From an uncultured Gammaproteobacteria bacterium (GTDB taxonomy: Bacteria > Patescibacteriota > Microgenomatia > JALYQM01), in the NCBI GenBank assembly GCA_964535655.1, contig CAZHTP010000003.1, forward strand, positions 1,186 through 65,185: DNA of 64,000 nucleotides, given 5' to 3'. This document shows positions 1 through 10,271 of the stretch, piece by piece. The translations under genes were made by a program, and so were the position numbers. The notes beneath the pieces are model-generated. The model did no database searches and was not told the origin of the DNA. It saw only the letters and a list, made by a program, of their open reading frames with translations. The stretch's first letter is position 1. Each line of letters opens with the position of its first letter.

Positions 1-64
1 TGTTTTATTTTTATTCACTTACATAGCACCCTTTTCGTTTTTGCCAACTCTTACGCTCCTCTAC

Positions 65-1504
65 TTATTTCGAAGGCTGTTTTATAATCGCATAAAGAAT
101 CACACTGCCGCTTTGTAATTTTTTCTTTATATACGAATTTTTTTCAAGATTTTTAAGCCCTTCATTAAATTCATTATGGTTAGCTAAAAGATGGCGAATA
201 TCCCATTCCGCTGAGGTATCTACAATCAAAAATTGAGGATTTCCTGACCATCTAAACCAGTTGCAGGTGTCGGTATTGCAGAGACTATGACCTTGAGAAT
301 TCCGCGTACTAGGCCACAAGGTAAAAATCTTATCTCGATGGTCGGTATGGGGGAGAATGTTATTCTGAGCGACTACAGAGGCATTGCGCGGTATTTTTCC
401 AAGAACAAATTGTAAACTAGCACTAGATTTAGGTTGCGTCCAAAACCATTTTTTTGTTAAATACGTTAACGGTACGTGCAGAGAATATTGTAGAACAGTA
501 ATCACCACTAATACATATATGGTCATATACCGAGAATTTAGCTTCTGATATTTTTTAATTGCTTCAATAAAAGGCCATCCCATTAAAAATGCCAAAGTAA
601 CGCGGTAATGCATAAATAGTCCCTGAGCAGAAACGATATTCTTCCCAATTACAAAAAAACGAAAGATATCTCCAATGGCTGGTAGAAGGTAGATCGGAGC
701 GAATATAGGTATAAAACCGTACCACCCTAAGCTATAAAAATATACCTCTAGCTTGTCTTTATTATCGTAGAGTTGATTAGGTTGAAGATCGTAGAACAAC
801 CCTTTAGGATTGGCATAACGGTAGCCATCGTGCGTGAAATATGGGAAGTAAATTGCAAAGATGCCAATTAAATACATTATGGATACGAACAGAAAATATA
901 AAGCTGCTTTTTTTTGTGTCACTAGATAGAAGACTAGGCTCATTATAGCTGTTAGAAGCGCAACATCTTCGCGCGATAGTATTCCCAGGATAAGGGAGAC
1001 TAACGCCAGATGATAATTTTCTATTTCTAGAAACCAGAGGAACCAGGGAAGGAAGGAAGCTCCTAATACTAAGCTATGGACATCAAACCACAAGGCATTT
1101 TGGATGCCATAAAAGCTTAAGTATGCTACCACTATTGCCAAAGCAAGATCAGTACGGATTCCTTTCTTTTTAGCGAGGAAGTATACCGGTAGACCTGAGA
1201 TGCAACTAAGAAATGCCTGGCTTACGAGTAAGGTAGTTGCGGCTGGAAAAAGCCAATACAGTGGAGAAATAATGGCATAAATTATCTCGACATGATCTGT
1301 TAGTAAAGAAGTAAATGGATAAAATTGAATTGTCGTTATTGGGGCTTTAAAACGACTATATTTCCATACAATCTGATCGGCGATTCCTAAATCAAAACCA
1401 TATGATCCAAAGTGAAAATGTCTTACTACTGACAAGGTGCTGTAGCAAACAAAAAAGAGCAAACAAATTAAATAAGGAATAGCGGAGCTTACTCTCGGGG
1501 ACAT
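65..1504 (-). CDS. Polytopic membrane protein, DUF2079-like (possible membrane glycosyltransferase); paralog of 60399..61808
   Basis: 479 aa, many TM segments. C-terminal 'AQNNILPH...' block is shared with the 469-aa ORF at 60399..61808. Confidence 0.5.
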   Translation of the reverse strand: MSPRVSSAIPYLICLLFFVCYSTLSVVRHFHFGSYGFDLGIADQIVWKYSRFKAPITTIQFYPFTSLLTDHVEIIYAIISPLYWLFPAATTLLVSQAFLSCISGLPVYFLAKKKGIRTDLALAIVVAYLSFYGIQNALWFDVHSLVLGASFLPWFLWFLEIENYHLALVSLILGILSREDVALLTAIMSLVFYLVTQKKAALYFLFVSIMYLIGIFAIYFPYFTHDGYRYANPKGLFYDLQPNQLYDNKDKLEVYFYSLGWYGFIPIFAPIYLLPAIGDIFRFFVIGKNIVSAQGLFMHYRVTLAFLMGWPFIEAIKKYQKLNSRYMTIYVLVVITVLQYSLHVPLTYLTKKWFWTQPKSSASLQFVLGKIPRNASVVAQNNILPHTDHRDKIFTLWPSTRNSQGHSLCNTDTCNWFRWSGNPQFLIVDTSAEWDIRHLLANHNEFNEGLKNLEKNSYIKKKLQSGSVILYAIIKQPSK

Positions 1505-1516
1505 AATTATTACAAT

Positions 1517-1939
1517 CTACTGTTTCCTAGATTGTAGCATATGCACCCAAGATAGCGAAAAAAGTATTGTCGAGACGATTGCTGACACAACACACCAATT
1601 ACATATCGCTTTAATTACAAATACTTCAAGTGAGGTGAAATATACGGAAAAAATGAATCCGATGGTGGCTATCGCAAAAAGCACGGTTTGGTACCGTTTC
1701 TCTTTTTTGACTAAGCAAAAGAGAGCGGTTCCAATAACGGATAGATAAAAAAGAACTCCGTAAAAAGGTACCGGAAGAGTGAAGAGGTGAGAATATTTAC
1801 TGTAACGAACCACTTCACAACCATTACTCCCACAAGGAAGCGGTATACCGAATGCGTAGGTATACCATAAATATCCAGAAACTCCCAATCCTACCAGACC
1901 AAAAAATAACGAAAGTTTAAAAGTTAATGATGCAGTCAT
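1517..1939 (-). CDS. Vitamin K epoxide reductase (VKOR) family protein
   Basis: 140 aa, 4-5 TM helices. Loop Cys pair 'CGSNGC' and TM CXXC 'CNWC' are typical of VKOR-like disulfide oxidoreductases. Confidence 0.6.
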   Translation of the reverse strand: MTASLTFKLSLFFGLVGLGVSGYLWYTYAFGIPLPCGSNGCEVVRYSKYSHLFTLPVPFYGVLFYLSVIGTALFCLVKKEKRYQTVLFAIATIGFIFSVYFTSLEVFVIKAICNWCVVSAIVSTILFSLSWVHMLQSRKQ

Positions 1940-1947
1940 TTGTGTCC

Positions 1948-3081
1948 TTATGCCTTGCCAATGGCCTGACTAATGTGATTAAACCCATCTTTTTTTAATA
2001 GTATAACTAAATCCTGATTAATTTCTGAAATTAGCTGGGGTCCTTTATAGATCATGCCTGTGATGAGCTGCACTATCGATGCTCCCAGCTTTATTTTAGT
2101 ATACGCATCTTCAGCGCTGAAAATTCCTCCGGTTCCAATAATGATAAATCTATCTTTATATAACCTATATGTCAAACTGATTAATTCATTTGATCTTTTT
2201 TGAGTTGGTTTCCCACTAAAATTTCCTTTGGGGAATCGTGCGAGCTCAAGCTGATTAAGTGATTCATCGTGTCGATTTTTTTGTAAGTTTCCAAAAATTA
2301 CACCTTGAACTTTGTGTTTTTGAATAGTGTCTAATAAAGACACTGTGACTTCATTTGTGCATTCAATTGGCATTTTTATATACAGCGGCCTTTTTAAACC
2401 AAGGTTATCAATTGCCTTTAAAAGATTTCCAAGTTCTACTGAATCATAAAATGATATAGAGGTAAGTAAATTAGGGCAACTAATATTTAATTCGTAATAA
2501 GAATGATGCATGTTTATATCTTCGCAGATGATAAATGAAGAAATGATATCTGCAACGCAGTCGCGATGCGTAGTTAAAGACTTTGAATTTGTTCTTCCAA
2601 TACTTATTCCAATAGGAATTTCAAACTTTTGACCTGTTAGTTTTTGTGTAATTTGCTCGACTCCCTTATTTTTGAATCCTTTATTTACCATTAGAGATTG
2701 TGACAAAGGGAGGCGACCGAGGATTGGACCTGGGTTGCCGTTATATTTCTCCCGTGTAATTGTCCCAACTGTGTGAAAGCCAAAGCCGATGCTTGGAGTT
2801 ATTCTTGTTAAGCGGGCATCGTAGTCGAATCCCGCGGAAAGGCCCACTGGCCCAGAAAAATTAATGTTATTAATGGTTTGGTCGAGTTCTTTGTAGTGCT
2901 TTGAATAGATTGCTGCTGTAGCTTTTCTGGCTAAGGGAATATTCCCTAAGAATTCTCCTGCCCCTGTCATTCGTTCATGAACAATTTCTGGATCGATGGT
3001 AAAGAGTACAGGTTTAAGAATATTTTGATATGTTATTCTCGTAATTTTGCGGGTGGCAGAATTAAACATAACTTTTTCCAA
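1948..3081 (-). CDS. pyrD: Dihydroorotate dehydrogenase (quinone), class 2
   Basis: Motifs 'GLSAGFDYDA', 'NKGFKNKG', 'NISCPN', 'IIGTGGIFSAEDA'. Length 377 aa. Confidence 0.8.
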   Translation of the reverse strand: MEKVMFNSATRKITRITYQNILKPVLFTIDPEIVHERMTGAGEFLGNIPLARKATAAIYSKHYKELDQTINNINFSGPVGLSAGFDYDARLTRITPSIGFGFHTVGTITREKYNGNPGPILGRLPLSQSLMVNKGFKNKGVEQITQKLTGQKFEIPIGISIGRTNSKSLTTHRDCVADIISSFIICEDINMHHSYYELNISCPNLLTSISFYDSVELGNLLKAIDNLGLKRPLYIKMPIECTNEVTVSLLDTIQKHKVQGVIFGNLQKNRHDESLNQLELARFPKGNFSGKPTQKRSNELISLTYRLYKDRFIIIGTGGIFSAEDAYTKIKLGASIVQLITGMIYKGPQLISEINQDLVILLKKDGFNHISQAIGKA

Positions 3082-4249
3082 TTTTTTTGATAACTGAGGT
3101 TGCGATGCTCATATCCTCAGTTGAATGTAGAGCGGAAGGCATTAGCCTTAGGCGAGCTTTTCCTTTTGCAACCATTGGGAATACTATTGCAGAAGTGAGT
3201 ATTCCTGCCGTGAATAATTCCTCAGAAAAAGCTTTTGCTTTGTCTTCGTTACCTACCATCAGAGGTGTAATTGGTGTAACTGAATTTCCTATATTGAATC
3301 CTGCCTTAATAAGGCCATCTTTAAGCAATTTAGTATTTTTCCATAATGCTTGAACCCTGTCGTCTGATTCTGAGATAATACGAAGGCTTTCAATTAATGC
3401 GGCTGTATCTGGAATAGATAGTGCATTGGTAAACATATATTGCCTTGCTGAAGAACGAAAATTATCAATAATAGCTGTATCTCCAGCAATGAATCCCCCC
3501 ATTACGCCAAAAGCTTTTGAAAGTGTCCCCACTTCGATATCTACCAATCCATGCATACCGTAGTAATCAACGATTCCTCTTCCATGATCTCCTATTACTC
3601 CTTCGCCGTGAGCATCATCTACGATAAGAATGGCACCAAGTTGCTTAGCTATTATAGCTAGATCGGGTACTCGGGCTAAGTCTCCATCCATGGAGAAAAC
3701 ACCGTCAGTAATGATGACAATAGTGCGATCTTTTCCATCTAATTTTTTATCTCTTTTTAATTCGAAAATTGCAGGAAGAATTGTACGCAAGTGATCAAGA
3801 TCATTATGGTTGTATATAAATCGATGTTGTACTTGTGAAAGTTTTATAGCATCAATGATCGAGGCGTGGTTAAAGGCGTCCGATATAATAATATCTTCTT
3901 TACCAAGTAAGGTTTGCATTACCGCCAAATTGGTAATATAGCCGCCAGTAAGCACTAAGGCGTCTTCTGTTTTTTTAAAATTAGCTAACTCTTTTTCAAG
4001 TGCGATGTGAAGCTGGTGAGTCCCAACGAGAGACCTAACCGATGTAGTGCCTACACCATACTCCTTAATTGCTGCGATAGTTGCTTCTTTTACCCGCGCA
4101 TCTGAGGCTAGGCCTAAATAGTTGTTTGAACATAAATTGAGATATTCTTTGCCATTAATAGTAACGTAGGCGCCTTGTTCAGACTCCAATATTTTTTTAC
4201 TTTGTTTTTCCATATAGTTATCCTTGCGGATAAAGAATAATCTTTCCAC
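3062..4249 (-). CDS. kbl: Glycine C-acetyltransferase / 2-amino-3-ketobutyrate CoA ligase (class II PLP aminotransferase)
   Basis: PLP-lysine region 'GTLSKAFGVMGGFIAG'. 395 aa. Overlaps and is co-oriented with a threonine dehydrogenase gene, matching the kbl-tdh operon logic. Confidence 0.7.
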   Translation of the reverse strand: MERLFFIRKDNYMEKQSKKILESEQGAYVTINGKEYLNLCSNNYLGLASDARVKEATIAAIKEYGVGTTSVRSLVGTHQLHIALEKELANFKKTEDALVLTGGYITNLAVMQTLLGKEDIIISDAFNHASIIDAIKLSQVQHRFIYNHNDLDHLRTILPAIFELKRDKKLDGKDRTIVIITDGVFSMDGDLARVPDLAIIAKQLGAILIVDDAHGEGVIGDHGRGIVDYYGMHGLVDIEVGTLSKAFGVMGGFIAGDTAIIDNFRSSARQYMFTNALSIPDTAALIESLRIISESDDRVQALWKNTKLLKDGLIKAGFNIGNSVTPITPLMVGNEDKAKAFSEELFTAGILTSAIVFPMVAKGKARLRLMPSALHSTEDMSIATSVIKKIGKSYV

Positions 4250-5237
4250 ATTGCCCTTTTTTCATTTGGGCTACTGCTTTTTCAATTTCGTCAAGCTGAT
4301 ATTTGTGGGTTATAAGAGGCTTGAGATTTACTTTTGGATTTTTTAAGATATTTTGTACTTCATACCAAGTATCCCATATTTTCCGCCCAAAAACTGACTT
4401 TATTGTTACTTCTTTGTTAATTAAAGCTTCACCCCAACTAAGGGTTACCGCTTGTTTAGGTATTCCAAAAGCTATATAAACTCCCGCCTGCCTAATATGA
4501 TTAAAACCTGCAACAATAAGTTCCGGATCCCCACTCATTTCTAAGACAACATCAAAATTGCGTGCAAGGGTTGATTCCATTTTTTCATAAACATAGTGGA
4601 TCCCCAGTTTATGTCCTAATTCCCGGCGATATGGCGATTTTTCAATTGCGACTATTTCCTGTGCGCCATATAGTTTAGCAAGAATTCCAGCGCATAAGCC
4701 AACTGGACCCAACCCCAAGAGGAGTACTCTTTTACCTTGTACTTTTGCTTGCTCTAGAACATGAACAGCATTACCAAGTGGCTCCTGAATGCTCATAATT
4801 TCAATAGGGAGAGTGGGGTCGTTTTTCCAGGCGGTTTTAAGTGGAATTGTTGTATATTCAGCGAAACCACCGTTGCGACTGATGCCGAATAGCTCTAGAT
4901 TCTCGCAAATGTGTTTATTACCGGCCATACACTGGCTACAATGATCGCAGTAAATATGTGTTTCAGAAGAAACCATGTCTCCTATTTTGAGCACTGTTTT
5001 TGCACTGCTATTGATAGCTACAATTTCTCCGACCACTTCATGTCCAATTACTTTAGGAGGAATTACGTGAGACTTAGCCCAATCCCCCCAATCGTAAATA
5101 CCGATATCTGTACCACAAATTGATGAACACTTAACTTTTACTAGCGCCTCTTCTTTCTGAGGCTCGGGAATCTCTATTTTCTTTACTTGAATTCCGGGTT
5201 TTGGTTCTGATTTGAGTACTGCCGTCATTAAAGCCAT
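4218..5237 (-). CDS. tdh: L-threonine 3-dehydrogenase (Zn-dependent MDR family)
   Basis: 'CGTDIGIYDWGDW', 'GHEVVGEIV', Rossmann 'LLLGLGPVGL'. 339 aa, adjacent to kbl. Confidence 0.75.
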   Translation of the reverse strand: MALMTAVLKSEPKPGIQVKKIEIPEPQKEEALVKVKCSSICGTDIGIYDWGDWAKSHVIPPKVIGHEVVGEIVAINSSAKTVLKIGDMVSSETHIYCDHCSQCMAGNKHICENLELFGISRNGGFAEYTTIPLKTAWKNDPTLPIEIMSIQEPLGNAVHVLEQAKVQGKRVLLLGLGPVGLCAGILAKLYGAQEIVAIEKSPYRRELGHKLGIHYVYEKMESTLARNFDVVLEMSGDPELIVAGFNHIRQAGVYIAFGIPKQAVTLSWGEALINKEVTIKSVFGRKIWDTWYEVQNILKNPKVNLKPLITHKYQLDEIEKAVAQMKKGQCGKIILYPQG

Positions 5238-5281
5238 AAAAGGATTTTATTCTTCACGCGAGATGCTTACAGTGATATAAG

Positions 5282-5944
5282 TCACTCTAATTTTTTATCA
5301 GAAAGGCTCTGTTTTAATGCTTCCATACTGGAAATTACGTAGTGCCGATCTCGCATATGTATAAGCCCCTCCTGGGTCATTTTTTCTAATTGTCTACTCG
5401 CGGTTTCGCGACGAACGCTCACCCAAGACGCAATATCCTGATGCGTCAGTTCGAGAGTGATAAAAATACCATCAGAAGAAGGGGTGCCAAACTTTTCACC
5501 AACATAGAGGAATAACGAGAGCACTTTAGAGAAGGCCTCCTGGAATGCTAACCCTTCAATTCTTGTTAATAATCCCGTAATGGCTTTTGAGAAGCGAATT
5601 GAAAGATCTATAAGAATTTCAGGATCGCTTCTAACGAAACTGGTCACTTTATCATACGGAGCAATAGCAACTACCGTATCTGAAACAGCCTCGTAATAAT
5701 AGGTGTTTTTTGTTTCACTCAAAAAAAGCATCAGTGGAAAAAATGAATTGTCTCGGAAAATATGCAGTATGATTTCTTCTCCATCCTCTGATACGGCATA
5801 CATCTTAACTGAACCTGATACTAAGTAATAAACGTTTCCCGGGTCTTTTTGAGGTGATATGAGTGTGCTTCCTTGAGAGAATGCTGCTTTCTTGTACGGT
5901 AGAAAGAAATCCTGAACTTTCTTTATTACAGAGCTATTTTCCAT
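5282..5944 (-). CDS. Crp/Fnr family transcriptional regulator
   Basis: N-terminal cNMP-binding-like beta-roll followed by a C-terminal HTH ('IASWVSVRRETASRQLEKMTQEGLI'). Confidence 0.65.
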   Translation of the reverse strand: MENSSVIKKVQDFFLPYKKAAFSQGSTLISPQKDPGNVYYLVSGSVKMYAVSEDGEEIILHIFRDNSFFPLMLFLSETKNTYYYEAVSDTVVAIAPYDKVTSFVRSDPEILIDLSIRFSKAITGLLTRIEGLAFQEAFSKVLSLFLYVGEKFGTPSSDGIFITLELTHQDIASWVSVRRETASRQLEKMTQEGLIHMRDRHYVISSMEALKQSLSDKKLE

Positions 5945-6033
5945 ATATTTAATGTGACCATAGTCACTGCTATTTATAGTTATATTAATTACAATATAAT
6001 TGATTATATCAGTGAATTGGATGAGGAGGGTAT

Positions 6034-7032
6034 ATGCAAAGCACCACGATCAGGCAAAGAGTTGATGTTGAGTCTTATGACAAATTAAAAACACTGGAGG
6101 AAAAGGTCTCTTTTTTATCGCAATTTGCTGAACTTTCGCCCTCTCGGCTAAACACACGGCCCTGGAAATTAGCCGTTACCCATGATCAGATCCAGATTTT
6201 TGCTGATTTTTCTAAACGACTAGATGCTGCCGACCCATATAATCGTGAATTGTATATAAGTTTGGGATGCGTGCTTGCCAACTTAGAAATAGCAGCGGAA
6301 CATTATAGGCTGCATTATGTTACCAGTCTTTTCACTGGAGAGCCCGCACATAACTTGTTTGGAGTTATAACCTTTGACCTAGAACAACCAGCACAATCAA
6401 TTTATCCAAGTTCACTATTCTCGAGTTTACTCAAGCGCCATGTGGATAGAACTAAATTTGTTCAGTTACCTATCGAAAAGAAAGATATTGATGCGCTTTA
6501 TACTTCTATCTGCTGGATTGAAGGGGTTTATCTATATCTAACTAATAATCGCATGATAATTGAGTACCTAGCGAAGTTAACTGAAGAATCTGAGAAAGAG
6601 CAATTTAATAGCAAATCATTCCGTACAGAATTTATTCGTTGGATAAATCGAAACGTTAGCCACGAGGGAATTGAATTAACTGAACTCCAGCTGTCGCCTA
6701 TAAGTTCTTTTATCTTTTCTGTCTACCGTGATTATAATATTGGTCTTGATAAGGCCACTCATGATAAAGATCTAATTCAAAGCTCACCTTATGTCGCGAT
6801 ATTGCTTTCGCGACACGATGAGCATGTCGACTGGGTTGCGACAGGGGTCGCCTTACAAGTACTCACTTTACAGGCAACCGACTTGGGGATTCATTTCCAC
6901 CCTATTACTTCAGGAATGGAAGTACCCTATTATCGGGACAAAATTAAAGACATAATTGAAGCTACTAAGTCTCCCCAAATGTTAGTCCGACTTGGTTATG
7001 AAAGAAGTACTCCACCATCGACAACCAACTGA
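6034..7032 (+). CDS. Putative nitroreductase-family protein (Acg-like)
   Basis: 332 aa. 'TRPWKL' style motif and two-lobed nitroreductase-like architecture. Strong RBS GAGGAGG upstream. Confidence 0.4.
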   Translation: MQSTTIRQRVDVESYDKLKTLEEKVSFLSQFAELSPSRLNTRPWKLAVTHDQIQIFADFSKRLDAADPYNRELYISLGCVLANLEIAAEHYRLHYVTSLFTGEPAHNLFGVITFDLEQPAQSIYPSSLFSSLLKRHVDRTKFVQLPIEKKDIDALYTSICWIEGVYLYLTNNRMIIEYLAKLTEESEKEQFNSKSFRTEFIRWINRNVSHEGIELTELQLSPISSFIFSVYRDYNIGLDKATHDKDLIQSSPYVAILLSRHDEHVDWVATGVALQVLTLQATDLGIHFHPITSGMEVPYYRDKIKDIIEATKSPQMLVRLGYERSTPPSTTN

Positions 7033-7799
7033 GTTCCGGTAATATAGGAAGCCATCTCTGAGGCTAAAAAGAGTGCAACTTTTCCGATATCATCCGGATC
7101 ACCGAGGCGGTGCATAGGGATCTTTTGTAGAAAGGCTTCCATTACTTTTGTCATGTCTATTGATCCTGCCAGATTGTTACTTTGCTGAGCCTGTACACCA
7201 GGAGTCAGAATACCGCCTGGAGCGATAGCGTTTACCCAAATCTTATGTTGAGCTAGTTCAAGTGCGCTATTTTTAGTAAACCCCCATACACCGTGCTTTG
7301 ATGCATCATAATGGGCAAGTCCAATTGCCGAAGGATGTAGTGCGTCAATGGAAGTAATATTTATTATTCTGCCGCCTTTTCCTTGGCGGATCATTTGATT
7401 TGAAATATATTTTGTTGTTAAGTATACACCTTTTAAGTTTACCGATATAACTTTATCAAAATCTTCTGGTTCCATTTGGGCAATGGGCTTAGAAGGATAG
7501 ATTCCGGCATTATTTACCAAGATATCTACTCCACCAAATAAGCTTGTAACTTTTTCTACTATTTTTTGAACATCACTTGCGAGAGAAACATCCGCAACAA
7601 TTCCTTCAACCGTGTATCCTTTAGATTTAAGTTGTGATACTGAGTTTTCAACTTCATCTAAGATATTGCTTGCTATTAAAACTTTTGCGCCCGCCTCAGC
7701 AAAACGTGACGCTATTGATAATCCGATGCCAACCGCTCCGGTAACTACTGCTGATTTGTCGTTTAGGGATAGTAATGAAGAAACTGGTTGATTAGTCAT
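6996..7799 (-). CDS. SDR family NAD(P)-dependent oxidoreductase
   Basis: 'VVTGAVGIGLSIA' Rossmann motif, 'NNAG', catalytic 'YDASK'. Confidence 0.75.
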   Translation of the reverse strand: MTNQPVSSLLSLNDKSAVVTGAVGIGLSIASRFAEAGAKVLIASNILDEVENSVSQLKSKGYTVEGIVADVSLASDVQKIVEKVTSLFGGVDILVNNAGIYPSKPIAQMEPEDFDKVISVNLKGVYLTTKYISNQMIRQGKGGRIINITSIDALHPSAIGLAHYDASKHGVWGFTKNSALELAQHKIWVNAIAPGGILTPGVQAQQSNNLAGSIDMTKVMEAFLQKIPMHRLGDPDDIGKVALFLASEMASYITGTQLVVDGGVLLS

Positions 7800-7917
7800 G
7801 GGGGTGCTCCGGCCTTATAATAAAATTAATGCTTCTGTAAGCGTAAATACAATAGTCAACACAGCTATTATTTGCTGTGATTTTAGTCACAATCTCCTTT
7901 TTTTGTGTGTTTTATTT

Positions 7918-8484
7918 TTATTTCTTATCAGGAACGCCATGAAGCATTGCATCGATTAAGTCGTGTGGAAGAGCTGCAGTATTAAGAAGTGCCTTGCGAA
8001 CAATTCCTCCTGCTTCAGATCCTATTTCGTCAGCAGCATGTAGGGATCCAAGAACCGCACTTTTGGCCATCTCACCAGCATCTCCTCCAATCTCTCCAGC
8101 CGAAGCAATAATACCTTGTACAGATGAAACAGCTGCATTTCCGATGTCTCCACCAACATTATGAATACCCTTTATCACACCTTTGGCTGCGCCCTCAGCG
8201 GTTTTACCCACATCTTTTCCAATATCTCGTGCTCCACCAACAGCCCCTTCAACCAATCCTGTAATTCCTTGTGTTATGGAAACACCGGTATCCGCAACTC
8301 CTTTGATTCCTGACTCAATTACATCGGCCACAGTATCTACTGTTGTTGCAGCAATATCTCCTGTTGCTTTTAATACGCCTTTTACATTGTCTTTGGTAAC
8401 ATCACGAGTTGTTTCTACAACATCGCCTGCTCCAGATACTGCCGAATTAAGCGCGTCACGCAATGATGATGCAATGTCTGTCAT
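7918..8484 (-). CDS. Gly/Ala/Val-rich protein with 11-residue periodicity (LEA/phasin/apolipoprotein-like amphipathic repeat protein)
   Basis: 188 aa. Repeating 11-mers such as GDIAATTVDTV / ADVIESGIKGV / RDIGKDVGKTA / HNVGGDIGNAA / GEIGGDAGEMA. No TM or signal peptide. Confidence 0.5.
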   Translation of the reverse strand: MTDIASSLRDALNSAVSGAGDVVETTRDVTKDNVKGVLKATGDIAATTVDTVADVIESGIKGVADTGVSITQGITGLVEGAVGGARDIGKDVGKTAEGAAKGVIKGIHNVGGDIGNAAVSSVQGIIASAGEIGGDAGEMAKSAVLGSLHAADEIGSEAGGIVRKALLNTAALPHDLIDAMLHGVPDKK

Positions 8485-8565
8485 ACATTCTCCTTCTTAA
8501 ATTAGAATCTTAATAGTATATTAATAATACCACAAAAAAGGGATCCACTTTTATATTGCAAAACA

Positions 8566-9105
8566 CTATTCTACGGTAATTTTACCAACTTGTCCCTTAG
8601 CACGATGTTGTCCAACTGAACAGTAATATTCAAAGGTTCCTGTTTTATCTGGAGTAAAATCAACTGAATTTGTTTCTCCGGACTTTGTGATGGGAAGTTT
8701 TACGCCCAGCTCGTCGATAATAAAGTCATGCATCATATCAGCAGACTTCATAACTATTTTTACCTTCTGGCCTTTTTTAACCGTCATTGCAGTAGGTTTA
8801 TAGTAGAATGCACCTGCTTCAACGTTTACAGTTATAGTATCAGAACTAACCATAGCCGAAGTGATTGGCGATTCAGTTTCTGCCATCATTTTATCGCTGC
8901 CTTTATCTCTATCGGCATCTGCTACCGCTGGAGTTGCATTACTTGCAGCTTTCGTTGTGTCCTTTTTACCTGATACTAATGCCAAGCCTAAACCTAAGAT
9001 AACAAGAATTGCAATAATAGCTACCATGGGTCCTGCCCCACTTCTTTTCTTTTGCTCAGGTACTGGTTGATTAGGCGATGCTTCTTCCATTGAAGTTCCT
9101 TTCAA
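8566..9105 (-). CDS. Membrane-anchored cupredoxin (plastocyanin/azurin-like blue copper protein)
   Basis: N-terminal TM anchor. C-terminal 'HDF...YYCSVGQHRAKGQVGKI' gives the type-1 copper ligand pattern H..C..H..M-like. Confidence 0.7.
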   Translation of the reverse strand: MKGTSMEEASPNQPVPEQKKRSGAGPMVAIIAILVILGLGLALVSGKKDTTKAASNATPAVADADRDKGSDKMMAETESPITSAMVSSDTITVNVEAGAFYYKPTAMTVKKGQKVKIVMKSADMMHDFIIDELGVKLPITKSGETNSVDFTPDKTGTFEYYCSVGQHRAKGQVGKITVE

Positions 9106-9292
9106 AAAATCGTATTTAATTTGTTAGTACTGTATAGGTAATTTTCCTGAGAATAACCTGATTATTTTTACTTTGGAATTCCAGCCGCGGCAATATTCTC
9201 TTCTTAAGTGTGGATACTACTGTCGCTTTATATTATATTCTATTGTTCTTTTTAAAGTAAATCATATAGAATAAGTTTAGGAGGAATCTCAT

Positions 9293-9652
9293 ATGTCGAA
9301 ACTGGTGGTGATTGTTATACTGTTAATAATTATTTTACTGGGTGGTTATATTCTAGCGAAACCAATGACAGCGTCTACGCGGCAAGCGATAGCAGATTGT
9401 TACACTAAAAGTAAGATGATTTCTACTGTCGGTGCAGAAACAAGCAATACCTCAATCGAACAGTGTTCTAAATCGCACGACGCAATTCAGGCATTTAACA
9501 CTTGTATGAACCAAGTTAAAAGCGATTATGGAGGTATTAAAACGACAATTTCAATGACAGTGAGCCCATTGAATAAGGAATTTTCTATTGATACAATTCG
9601 AGATAACCACAACAAAACATGTGCTTCGTATCCGGAAATGAAAGTTATTTAA
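9293..9652 (+). CDS. Small secreted/membrane-anchored hypothetical protein
   Basis: N-terminal hydrophobic segment and four Cys. Strong AGGAGG RBS at 9276-9281. Confidence 0.4.
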   Translation: MSKLVVIVILLIIILLGGYILAKPMTASTRQAIADCYTKSKMISTVGAETSNTSIEQCSKSHDAIQAFNTCMNQVKSDYGGIKTTISMTVSPLNKEFSIDTIRDNHNKTCASYPEMKVI

Positions 9653-9653
9653 T

Positions 9654-10271
9654 ATGCGCTATATCGATCTTTCCCGTACTTTAGATGGTATGCTCCCTGT
9701 TTATCCGGGAGATCCCACGCCCATTATTACCCAAACTAACACTGTGGAAAAAGATGGGTTTACTTTAAGTAAAGTTAATTCGGGAACACATGTTGGTACG
9801 CATATGGATGCTCCATTTCACTTTATCGAAAGCGGTGAGAAGATGGATGCAATCTCTATTGAGCGTTTTTTTGGCCGGGGAATTCTACTTGATGGACGAG
9901 GCAAAACTATTTTTGATGAAACATTACTTGATGGAATAGATCTGAAAAAAGACGATATTGTTCTTATTGTTACAGATTGGGGTAATAGAATTAAGGAAAA
10001 AGCATATTTTACTGATTATCCAGAGATCACTTTATCGCTTGCCGAGCGATTTGTTGCAGCAATGGTATCAATTGTTGGAACAGACAGTGCGAGTCCCGAT
10101 CACGAGCCTTTTGCAACACATAAAAAATTATTAGGGAATGGGATCCTTATACTTGAGAATTTAGTAAATCTCGATCAACTACTTGAATGCTCAGAGTTTT
10201 CGGTTGTCGCATTACCTATAAAATACTCAACGGAAGCCGCACCGGCACGTGTCGTTGCAATACTCCCTTAA
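9654..10271 (+). CDS. Cyclase family protein (kynurenine formamidase-like)
   Basis: Signature 'GTHVGTHMDAPFHF'. 205 aa. Confidence 0.65.
   Translation: MRYIDLSRTLDGMLPVYPGDPTPIITQTNTVEKDGFTLSKVNSGTHVGTHMDAPFHFIESGEKMDAISIERFFGRGILLDGRGKTIFDETLLDGIDLKKDDIVLIVTDWGNRIKEKAYFTDYPEITLSLAERFVAAMVSIVGTDSASPDHEPFATHKKLLGNGILILENLVNLDQLLECSEFSVVALPIKYSTEAAPARVVAILP

Noticed and set aside
3087-3353. 88-aa plus-strand ORF and many similar 60-110-aa ORFs antisense to long genes (e.g. 4911..5123, 8183..8500, 8728..8973, 10385..10815, 11579..11942, 15308..15490, 16125..16828, 17130..17564, 23644..23927, 24215..24970, 31235..31665, 37458..37899, 43062..43274, 45612..46391, 46578..47076, 48239..49657, 59861..60420)
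   Set aside because: Each is fully embedded antisense or out of frame within a longer ORF that has clear protein-family motifs. They have low-complexity or stop-poor composition typical of shadow ORFs and no RBS or motif support.
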